Origin: Thermoanaerobaculia bacterium
GTDB taxonomy: Bacteria > Acidobacteriota > Thermoanaerobaculia > UBA5066
Assembly (NCBI GenBank): GCA_023717585.1
Contig: JAMQPJ010000419.1
Location: forward strand, 1 to 38,866
Direction: 5' to 3'
DNA: 38,866 bases
This document shows positions 9,885-16,752 of this stretch, in pieces (within the stretch, counting starts at the first letter, position 1; each line of letters starts with the position of its first letter). A program made the position numbers and the translations under genes. A model generated the notes under the pieces. The model saw only the letters and a program-made list of their open reading frames with translations. It made no database searches and was not told where the DNA came from.

Positions 9885-11006
9885 CTAAGAGATTTCTTTC
9901 GGGGGTCTCTGAACGACCTTGTCGCCCTTGCTGAGGCCGCTCACGACTTCCACGTTCATCCCGTCCGAGATGCCGAGCTTCACTTCGATCTTCTTCGGCT
10001 CGAGCTTGCTGCCCTTTGCCTTCTCGTCCGGGATCTCGACGAAGCTCTTCTTGCCGCTGTCTTCGAAGAGGACGAGGCGCTCGGGAATCGTGACGATGTC
10101 CTTCTTCTCGCGGATGATGAGGTCGGCGTTCGCGGAGTAGCCGGCGCGCAGCGTGGGGCCGCCCTCCTTGCGCTCGAGCTCGATCTCGACGTCGAAGAGC
10201 GTCGCGCCCTCTTTCTGCTGCGCCTGCGGAGCGATGCGTGAGACCTTCCCCGTGACGACGTCCGTCGGGAGCGCGCCGACCTTGATGCGCGCGACGAGCC
10301 CCACGTGGAGCTTGCCGACGTCGATCTCGTCCACGGTGCCCTTGAAGATGAGCTCGCCCATGTCGGCGACCGTGGCCAGCTCCGTGCCCGGCTGGTAGGA
10401 CGTCAGGGGGACGACCGGGTCGCCCGGGTTCACGGCGCGCGTCAGGATCGTGCCCGCGGCCGGCGCGCGGATGATCGACTCGGAGCCCGTCGTCTCGGTC
10501 TTCGCGAGCCGCCCCTTCCGCGTGAGGTCGCGGTCCTGCTCGGCCTTCATGAGGGCGATCTTCGCGAGCTCGAACGTCTCGCGCTTTCCGTCGACGTCGG
10601 ACTTCGGGAGGATGCCCTGGCGAAACATCTCCTCGGACCGGGCGAAGTCGAGCTGCGCGCGCTGGTACGTGGCCTGCGACGACTCCACGCGGCGGTCCAC
10701 CTCGGTGAGCTCGAGGGGCGTCGGGTCGGGCCCGATCTCGAAGAGGGGGTCCCCGGCCTTCACGCGATCGCCGACCTCGACCCGGCAGACCTTCACGATG
10801 CCCGAGATCTTGGATTTGACCGAGAACTTCTGGCGGGGCTGGATCTGGCCTACGGCGACGGCCTTCTCGGTGATCGACCCGAGCTGCGCGTCGATGAGCT
10901 TCATGCCGCCGGCGGCCTTCTTGCCAGCCCGGCTGTAGGCGTAGACGCCCGTCGCCGCTCCCGCGAGAAGGACCAGCACGAGAAGGGTTTTCAACAGCTT
11001 TCCCAT
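9885..11006 (-). CDS. Efflux transporter periplasmic adaptor subunit (HlyD/MacA family)
   Basis: 373 aa. N-terminal membrane anchor LLKTLLVLVLLAGAATGVYAY. Lipoyl-like half-motifs are VEVGDRVKAGDPLFEI and IIRAPAAGTIL, separated by a coiled-coil hairpin. A beta-barrel and membrane-proximal domains follow. GGAGG lies 8 nt before the ATG at 11006. Confidence 0.9.
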   Translation of the reverse strand: MGKLLKTLLVLVLLAGAATGVYAYSRAGKKAAGGMKLIDAQLGSITEKAVAVGQIQPRQKFSVKSKISGIVKVCRVEVGDRVKAGDPLFEIGPDPTPLELTEVDRRVESSQATYQRAQLDFARSEEMFRQGILPKSDVDGKRETFELAKIALMKAEQDRDLTRKGRLAKTETTGSESIIRAPAAGTILTRAVNPGDPVVPLTSYQPGTELATVADMGELIFKGTVDEIDVGKLHVGLVARIKVGALPTDVVTGKVSRIAPQAQQKEGATLFDVEIELERKEGGPTLRAGYSANADLIIREKKDIVTIPERLVLFEDSGKKSFVEIPDEKAKGSKLEPKKIEVKLGISDGMNVEVVSGLSKGDKVVQRPPKEIS

Positions 11007-11140
11007 TTGTCCAGCCTCCCGGGCGGAGCCCGATTTCAGGAGGATTACGCCCGACCTGCCTGAAGGTTCCTCCAGGACCGACGGAGGTGAGAACCGGAGG
11101 GCGCATACCCACGTATTGAGGGAAAAGGAGACTCCCCTTT

Positions 11141-13114
11141 ATGCCGAAATCGCTGTTTTCGTGTGTCGCCAGGACCGCGGCCGCCCTCGCCATCCTCCTC
11201 CCGGCCGCGCCCCTTCCGGCTCAGCTCCCGCCCCTCATTTCCCGCGACATCCTTTTCGGGAACCCCGAGCGCACCCACCCCCGGCTCTCGCCGGACGGCC
11301 AGCGGTTCGCGTGGATCGCGCCCGACAAGAAGAACGTCCTGCAGGTCTGGGTCAAGACCCTCGGCAAAGACGACGACAAGATGGTCACGGCCGACAAGAA
11401 GCGCGGCATCCGCCAGTTCTTCTGGGCCGAGGACAACCGCACGCTCCTGTACCAGCAGGACAACGACGGAGACGAGAACTTCCACGTCTACGGCGCGGAT
11501 CTCGCCTCGGGTAACGTGCGCGATTACACGCCGTTCCAGGGCGTGCGCGCCGGGGTGGCGGACCTCAGCCGCGACTTCCCCGACGAAGTCCTGATCCAGG
11601 CGAACATCCGCAACCGCCAGCTCATGGACGTGCATCGCCTGAGTCTGAAGACCGGCGCCCTGACGCTGGACACCGAGAATCCGGGCGACGTCGGGGGCTG
11701 GGGCACCGACGTGAAGTTCCAGGTGCGCGCCGCGCAGGCGCAGACGCCGGACGGCGGCACCGAGATCCGCCTGCGCGAGGACGTCAAGGCGCCGTGGAAG
11801 ACGCTTCTCAAGGTCGGACCCGACGAGATCCTCGAATTCGAGGACTTTTCGCTCGACGGCAAGTCCGCGTTTCTCAAGAGCTCAATCGGCAACGACACGG
11901 CGCGCCTCGTCGAACGCAATCTCGCGACGGGCGCCGAGAAGGTGCTCGCCGTCTCGCCCGAAGTGGACGCGGGCGCCGTCGTGATCCATCCCAAGTCGCA
12001 CGTCGTCCAGGCCGTGTCCTTCGCTCCGGGGCGGGCCTCGTGGAAAGTGCTCGATCCGTCCGTTCAGGCGGACTTCGACGCCATCCCGAAGCTCCACGCA
12101 GGCGACTTCGTCATCGTGAACCGCACGTCGTCCGACGACGCCTGGCTCGTCGCCTTCACGTCGGACCGCGGCCCGATCACCTGGTACAAGTGGGACCGCG
12201 CGGCAAAGAAGGGGACGGTCCTCTTCTCCGCGCAGCCCAAACTCGAGGGCCTCGCGCTCTCCGAGATGAAGCCGGTCGTGATCAAGACGCGCGACGGCCT
12301 CTCGATGAACGCCTACCTCACGCTCCCGAACGGCCTCGCGCCGAAGAATCTCCCCATGGTCCTCTTCGTGCACGGCGGTCCGTGGGCGCGTGACGGCTGG
12401 GGCTACAGCCCGACGGCGCAGTGGCTCGCGAACCGGGGCTACGCCGTCCTCCAGCCGAACTACCGCGGCTCCACGGGCTACGGAAAGAAGTACCTGAACG
12501 CGTCCTTCAGGCAGTGGGGCCTCAAGATGCACGACGACCTGATCGACGCCGCGAAATGGGCCATCGCGCAGGGCACCGCGGACCCGAAGAAGATCGCCGT
12601 TTTCGGCGGCTCGTACGGGGGCTACGCCGCGCTCGCCGCGGCCACGTTCACGCCGGACGCCTTTGCGTGCAACGTGGACATCGTCGGCCCGTCCAACCTC
12701 AAGACGCTCATCGCCTCGATCCCGCCCTACTGGAAGCCGATGCGCGCGATGTTCGACGTGCGCATGGGCAACGTCGACGACCCGAAGGACGCGGAGCTGA
12801 TCAAGAGCGCATCGCCGCTTTTCAAGGCGGACAAGATCGTCCGGCCGCTTCTCATCGGACAGGGCGCGAACGACCCGCGCGTGAACGTGAAGGAGTCGGA
12901 GCAGATCGTCGACGCGATCGAGAAAAACAAGGGCAACGTGACGTACGTGCTGTATCCCGACGAGGGACATGGCTTCGCACGCCCCGAGAACCGCATCGAC
13001 TTCAACGCCCGGGCGGAGAAGTTCCTCGCGGGCTGCCTCGCCGGCCGCTTCGAGCCGATGGAGGGAGAGAAGATCCCCGGTTCGACGGCGGTCGTGAAGG
13101 TGGTGGGCAAGTAG
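11141..13114 (+). CDS. S9 family serine peptidase (prolyl oligopeptidase / dipeptidyl aminopeptidase-like), secreted
   Basis: 657 aa. Signal peptide MPKSLFSCVARTAAALAILLPAAPLPAQ. N-terminal beta-propeller-like region. Catalytic triad contexts: FGGSYGGYAAL (Ser), GANDPRV (Asp) and DEGHGF (His). AAAGGAG SD upstream. Confidence 0.9.
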   Translation: MPKSLFSCVARTAAALAILLPAAPLPAQLPPLISRDILFGNPERTHPRLSPDGQRFAWIAPDKKNVLQVWVKTLGKDDDKMVTADKKRGIRQFFWAEDNRTLLYQQDNDGDENFHVYGADLASGNVRDYTPFQGVRAGVADLSRDFPDEVLIQANIRNRQLMDVHRLSLKTGALTLDTENPGDVGGWGTDVKFQVRAAQAQTPDGGTEIRLREDVKAPWKTLLKVGPDEILEFEDFSLDGKSAFLKSSIGNDTARLVERNLATGAEKVLAVSPEVDAGAVVIHPKSHVVQAVSFAPGRASWKVLDPSVQADFDAIPKLHAGDFVIVNRTSSDDAWLVAFTSDRGPITWYKWDRAAKKGTVLFSAQPKLEGLALSEMKPVVIKTRDGLSMNAYLTLPNGLAPKNLPMVLFVHGGPWARDGWGYSPTAQWLANRGYAVLQPNYRGSTGYGKKYLNASFRQWGLKMHDDLIDAAKWAIAQGTADPKKIAVFGGSYGGYAALAAATFTPDAFACNVDIVGPSNLKTLIASIPPYWKPMRAMFDVRMGNVDDPKDAELIKSASPLFKADKIVRPLLIGQGANDPRVNVKESEQIVDAIEKNKGNVTYVLYPDEGHGFARPENRIDFNARAEKFLAGCLAGRFEPMEGEKIPGSTAVVKVVGK

Positions 13115-13120
13115 GGGCGC

Positions 13121-13933
13121 CTACTTCACGACGCGGGCGGACAGCACGAGAATCAGTCCTCTGTCCCTGAGGGTCGAGGTCCCCACGACGACGTTTTCGC
13201 CTTCATGGATCGAGAGGTCGGTTCTCAGCGAGGCGAGCGTCCCGGTGCCCGGCTGCGACACCTCGAATTCGAAGCCGTCGATCCGGACGTCGGTGCGCCC
13301 GGCCGTCGACCGGTCGACGGCGATCGCGCTCATGTTCCAGCGCAGCATGGCGGGGCGCCGGTCCGTCGGGTTCGACGACGCGTCGATCTTCTCGGTCTGC
13401 CCCGACCACGCGAAACGCCGCGTCCCGTCCTTGACCCGGTCCACCGCCGCCGCGATGGGCGCGTAGGTCCTGTAGGCGAGCGCCGTCTTGAGGGAGGCGA
13501 CGACTTCCCTGAGCTCTTCGGGCAGCGCGTCTCCGGCGGCTCCGCCCGCGATGAGGACGTGCAGGCGGAGCTCAACGTCGGCCGCCGGCGCTTCGGGCTT
13601 GTCGAGCCTCTTCAACGCCTCCTCGATCGCGGCGATGTTCTCGGGGAAGTCGCGGACGCTGATCGTCTTGAAGTCTCGGTTTGCGAGGACGATTGCGCCA
13701 TGCGTCCCGCTCCCGAGCGGCACGAGCACGGACTGAAGCGCGTGCGGATCGCGGTGCCTGATCTCGAAGACGCGGTTCCGGAAGCCTTTTTCGGTGACCG
13801 GTTCGTATTTCATTTCCTCTTTGGCGGCGGGCGCAGGCCTCGGCGTCGTCTGGCCGAGCGCGGCAAGGGCGAAGCTTCCGAAGACGAGAAGGAACGCGAA
13901 GAAGATGCAGAGGCGGCGTACGAACAGCGACAT
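13121..13933 (-). CDS. Exported protein with a secretin-N/NolW-like domain
   Basis: 270 aa. Signal peptide MSLFVRRLCIFFAFLLVFGSFALAALG. The segment VFEIRHRDPHALQSVLVPLG...ISVRDFPENIAAIEEALKRLDKP matches the pattern of secretin N-domains (v.L.h.da..l...l..l....i..d...n.l.v...p..i..i...i..lD.p). GGAGG lies 4 nt before the ATG. It is the last gene of the sigma/anti-sigma operon. The domain call is by eye. Confidence 0.7.
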   Translation of the reverse strand: MSLFVRRLCIFFAFLLVFGSFALAALGQTTPRPAPAAKEEMKYEPVTEKGFRNRVFEIRHRDPHALQSVLVPLGSGTHGAIVLANRDFKTISVRDFPENIAAIEEALKRLDKPEAPAADVELRLHVLIAGGAAGDALPEELREVVASLKTALAYRTYAPIAAAVDRVKDGTRRFAWSGQTEKIDASSNPTDRRPAMLRWNMSAIAVDRSTAGRTDVRIDGFEFEVSQPGTGTLASLRTDLSIHEGENVVVGTSTLRDRGLILVLSARVVK

Positions 13934-13951
13934 GGGACCTCCTGGATTTCG

Positions 13952-14638
13952 TCAGATTCCGTCTTCGGAATCGGTTTCGAGTTCGTGAGGCCGCGGCGGC
14001 TGCGAGCCGACGAGCCAGATGATGCGGACGTTCGGGTTCGCGGTTTGGAGCTCGATGCGGGAGACGACTGATGCGGGGGCGCGTCCCACGAGCAAGGGCG
14101 AACTTCGGGTGACCATTTCTTTCTGCTTAGAGGGGAATACGGCTCGGGCGGCGGCTTCCTGCGCGACGGATGTCAATTCGGGGGCACCCGGGGGATTCTT
14201 CTTAAAAAGGGACAGAGGCCGCGCCTCGGCTTGCGCGGCGCCGGAGCGCGCGAAAGATGCCGGCCCGGGGACCGCCGTCGGCCGGTACCGCAGCGCGATC
14301 GACGCCGCCAGGAGGAGGCTCGCCGCCGCCGTGAGAGCGAGGGCGGTCTCCCTCTTCCCTTCTAAGAAGAAAATATTCGCTCTTCGAACGAGAGTGCCGC
14401 GATCAGGTCTGTCGTCGAGGCGCTCCCTCACCCCCCGCCGGATCTCTGCGTAGTCGCGCTCGTCGAAGGGCGCCGGCCCGTCTTCCCTGAGGAAGCTCTG
14501 GCTGCGTTTGTACGCCTCGGCTTCGGCGCGGCAGCCCGGGCAGCCCGCCATGTGCGCCTCGACGGCGCGGGACTCGTCCGCCGCGAGGTCGCCCTCCACG
14601 TGAAGAGCGAGGAGCGTCTCCACACGGGCGCACGTCAT
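13952..14638 (-). CDS. Anti-sigma factor (zf-HC2 type), single-pass membrane protein
   Basis: 228 aa. N-terminal H-x3-C-x2-C motif (HMAGCPGC), one TM segment (ALALTAAASLLLAASIAL) and an extracytoplasmic tail of about 100 aa. The ATG at 14638 overlaps the sigma factor stop as ATGA. Confidence 0.85.
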   Translation of the reverse strand: MTCARVETLLALHVEGDLAADESRAVEAHMAGCPGCRAEAEAYKRSQSFLREDGPAPFDERDYAEIRRGVRERLDDRPDRGTLVRRANIFFLEGKRETALALTAAASLLLAASIALRYRPTAVPGPASFARSGAAQAEARPLSLFKKNPPGAPELTSVAQEAAARAVFPSKQKEMVTRSSPLLVGRAPASVVSRIELQTANPNVRIIWLVGSQPPRPHELETDSEDGI

Positions 14639-15267
14639 GGTGTGTTCTCCGCGGCGCCGGCGAAGACGCGATCGCAGTGGACGCGCAGCTTTCTTCGAGC
14701 GGCGCTGACCCGCGACCTCACGGTGCCGGCCGTCGTGCCGAGGACAAGCGCCACCTCCTCGGAGGTCAGGCCTTCCAGGTCCCGGAGGACGAGGGCCTCG
14801 CGCTGCTTCCGGGGGAGCGCGTCGAGCGCGGCCCGTACGCGGGCACGGCGCTCCGACAGCAGGAGATCGCTCTCGGCCAGCGGCACCAGGTGGGGACGCC
14901 GCGGAACCTCCGCCTCGCCTTCCTCCAGCCTCGTGAAGGTCCTCTCGCGGCGGCGGGCCTGGCGGGCCAGATCGCGGCAGACGTTCACGACGATGGCGTA
15001 CAGCCAGGCGTGAAAGTCCCGTTCGAGCTCGAAGCGCCGGAGCGAGCGGAACACGCGCAGGAAAACGTCCTGCGCGGCGTCGAGGGCCAGATCGCGGCTG
15101 CCGAGCAGCCGCCAGGCGGTCGAGACCACCCGGCTCTGGGTGGCCTCCATGATCCCGTCGAAGGCTTCGGCATCTCCCTCCTTCGCCCGGGCGACGAGGG
15201 ATTCCAGAGCGCCCGGAATCGGCCCGGTTGCGGCCATCAGGGCGTCATCGAAGAGGATCGCGCCCAC
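14635..15267 (-). CDS. ECF (group 4) RNA polymerase sigma factor
   Basis: 210 aa. Region 2 reads DAAQDVFLRVFRSLRRFELERDFHAWLYAIVVNVCRD. Region 4 reads LDALPRKQREALVLRDLEGLTSEEVALVLGTTAGTVRSRVSAARRKL. The start is ambiguous: GTG 15267 or ATG 15237. Confidence 0.9.
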   Translation of the reverse strand: MGAILFDDALMAATGPIPGALESLVARAKEGDAEAFDGIMEATQSRVVSTAWRLLGSRDLALDAAQDVFLRVFRSLRRFELERDFHAWLYAIVVNVCRDLARQARRRERTFTRLEEGEAEVPRRPHLVPLAESDLLLSERRARVRAALDALPRKQREALVLRDLEGLTSEEVALVLGTTAGTVRSRVSAARRKLRVHCDRVFAGAAENTP

Positions 15268-15380
15268 GGCGTTTCTTTCTCCACCATCCCCTTCTACTGC
15301 GCCGAACCCCGAAGCGTTGACCCAGGGGACCGGAAAAACGCACGGGATCCGGATTCCGTAGAAGGAGTCCGGGCCGCCCC

Positions 15381-15428
15381 TTGACAGGAGAGTGCGTAAG
15401 CACTAACTTACCGTTAGTGGCTGCTTAC
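15381..15428 (+). promoter_or_regulatory. Candidate promoter (TTGACA-N17-TAACTT) overlapped by an imperfect inverted repeat, a likely ArsR-type operator
   Basis: TTGACA at 15381-15386 and TAACTT at 15404-15409. The perfect 7-bp arms CACTAAC (15401-15407) and GTTAGTG (15413-15419) are separated by 5 nt. Outer arms GTAAG (15396-15400) and CTTAC (15424-15428) extend the repeat, with a 4-nt bulge on the right side. Confidence 0.45.
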
Positions 15429-15743
15429 ACTCATGCTCTCGAAGCCCTGGCCGATCCCACCCGCCGCGCGGTCTGGGAGAGGCTTCGGGCGGGTCCCCTT
15501 CCGGTCGGAAAAGTGGCCGAGGGCCTCGCCGTGAGCCGGCCCGCCGTTTCGCAGCACCTCAAGGTCCTCAGGGACGCCGGCCTCGTGGAGGAAGAGCGCG
15601 CCGGCACCCGCCACCTCTACCGCGTCGCGCCTCGCGGGCTCGTGCCGCTGCGCGAATACCTGGACCGCTTCTGGGGAGACGTCCTCGAGGCGTTCCGCCT
15701 CGAGGCCTCGAAGCCCGGCAGGAAACCGAGGAGAAGGAAATGA
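15381..15743 (+). CDS. ArsR/SmtB family transcriptional regulator
   Basis: Winged-HTH signature LADPTRRAVWERLRAGPLPVGKVAEGLAVSRPAVSQHLKVLRDAGLVEEERAGTRHLY. The start is ambiguous. TTG 15381 has AAGGAG 13 nt upstream. GTG 15417 gives 108 aa and would be leaderless if the TTGACA/TAACTT promoter is real. The stop overlaps the next gene as ATGA. Confidence 0.85.
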   Translation: MTGECVSTNLPLVAAYTHALEALADPTRRAVWERLRAGPLPVGKVAEGLAVSRPAVSQHLKVLRDAGLVEEERAGTRHLYRVAPRGLVPLREYLDRFWGDVLEAFRLEASKPGRKPRRRK

Positions 15744-16213
15744 AGGTCGAGCCCATCGCTCCGTTTCTCGGCCCCCTGGAGAGGAGCGTCACGGTCCCGA
15801 AGAGTCCGGCCGACGCATTCAGGATCTTCACCGTGGGAATCGCCACCTGGTGGCCGCTCTCGAAGTTCTCGGTCAGTCACGGGAAGGCGAAGACGGCGAA
15901 GACCTGCGCGTTCGAGCCTTTCGTCGGAGGCGAGATCTACGAGGTCGACGAGAACGGCACGCGCTGCGCCTGGGGGCGCGTCGTGGCCTGGAATCCGCCC
16001 TCGCGCGTGGCCTTCACGTGGCACCCCGGAGGCGAGCCCGCGGAGGCCCAGGACATCGAGGTGACCTTCAGGAACGACGGCAAAGCGACGCGCGTCACAC
16101 TCGTCCACAGCGGCTGGCAGAGGCTCGGCGAAAAGGGCGCCTCGGCCCGCGAGGGATACGGCGAAGGCTGGGGCTTCGTCCTCGGGGAGGCATACGCCAC
16201 GGCGTGCGCCTGA
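15740..16213 (+). CDS. SRPBCC / AHSA1-like (START-fold) protein
   Basis: 157 aa. The pattern FEPFVGGEIYEVDENG...WGRVVAWNPPSRVAFTW...TRVTLVHSGW is typical of the Aha1/SRPBCC proteins that are routinely paired with ArsR regulators. ATGA coupling to arsR. Confidence 0.8.
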   Translation: MKVEPIAPFLGPLERSVTVPKSPADAFRIFTVGIATWWPLSKFSVSHGKAKTAKTCAFEPFVGGEIYEVDENGTRCAWGRVVAWNPPSRVAFTWHPGGEPAEAQDIEVTFRNDGKATRVTLVHSGWQRLGEKGASAREGYGEGWGFVLGEAYATACA

Positions 16214-16257
16214 AGAAACGGGTGAGAACGTGAACGAACGAACGCGGGCTTTTCGCG

Positions 16258-16752
16258 TCAGTTCGTGATCGGTGAAGCCGTGGTCGCGCCTTCCTGCGTG
16301 TACGCGACCTGAACGCACGCGCGCCCCGACGTCGGGTGGTGGTAGAGATACACGTAATCGAACGATCCGCCGTCACGCAGCTTCAGCTCCGGCGGCCGGA
16401 ACGCGGCGGTGCGGAAAGTGCGCACGAAGTCCTTGTCGAAAGGCCGCGTCTCCGAGCAGCCGCCGGCAAACTCGCGGATGTTCTCGGTCGGCGCGAGAAC
16501 GCGGAGTTTCAGGCCCTTCGCCAGAAGCGAGGTCTGCTCGGCGGTGAAGGGAAACGTGCACGCGCCCGCGCGGAGCGTGCCGAACATCCGGCATTTCACG
16601 CCCGAGACGAGAATGCCCTGTTTCGCGAGGAGGGAGGTCACGTCGCGCGCCAGGTCGCCGCGCGCCCAGAGGTTCCAAGCGAAACGGCAGCCTCCCGCCG
16701 CGAGGGAAGCCGCCAGAACGGCGGCGAGGGGCCTCAGGCGCCGGGCGTCCAC
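16258..16752 (-). CDS. Hypothetical exported protein or lipoprotein
   Basis: 164 aa. N-terminus VDARRLRPLAAVLAASLAAGGC, a signal peptide with a relaxed lipobox. Six further Cys residues. The GTG start at 16752 overlaps the 3-prime end of the aconitase-family gene by 19 nt. No family recognised. Confidence 0.6.
   Translation of the reverse strand: MDARRLRPLAAVLAASLAAGGCRFAWNLWARGDLARDVTSLLAKQGILVSGVKCRMFGTLRAGACTFPFTAEQTSLLAKGLKLRVLAPTENIREFAGGCSETRPFDKDFVRTFRTAAFRPPELKLRDGGSFDYVYLYHHPTSGRACVQVAYTQEGATTASPITN

Noticed and set aside
6446-11193. Long + and - strand ORFs overlapping the ABC transporter operon (for example 6613..9144, 843 aa; 6446..7954, 502 aa; 9373..11193, 606 aa).
   Set aside because: They are shadow ORFs typical of high-GC DNA. 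Composition is dominated by Arg, Asp, Gly, Pro and Ala, and no motifs are present. They fully overlap genes with unambiguous Walker, FtsX and HlyD signatures.
13111-13124. The near-perfect 14-bp palindrome GTAGGGGCGCCTAC, which contains the stop codons of both convergent genes (the S9 peptidase and the secretin-N protein).
   Set aside because: There is no loop, so it cannot act as a hairpin terminator. It is most simply explained by two facing TAG codons around a GGCGCC core.
14355-14400. A locally AT-rich patch (TTCTAAGAAGAAAATATTCGC) inside the anti-sigma gene, considered as an internal promoter or inserted element.
   Set aside because: It is in frame and encodes ...RRANIFFLEGKRE... just before the TM segment. 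It has no convincing -35/-10 pair and no repeats flanking it.
15268-15380. A search for an autoregulated ECF-type promoter (GGAAC-N16-17-CGTC/GTC-like) upstream of the sigma factor gene.
   Set aside because: Only a GGAATC with wrongly spaced downstream candidates was found. I could support no motif pair with acceptable spacing.
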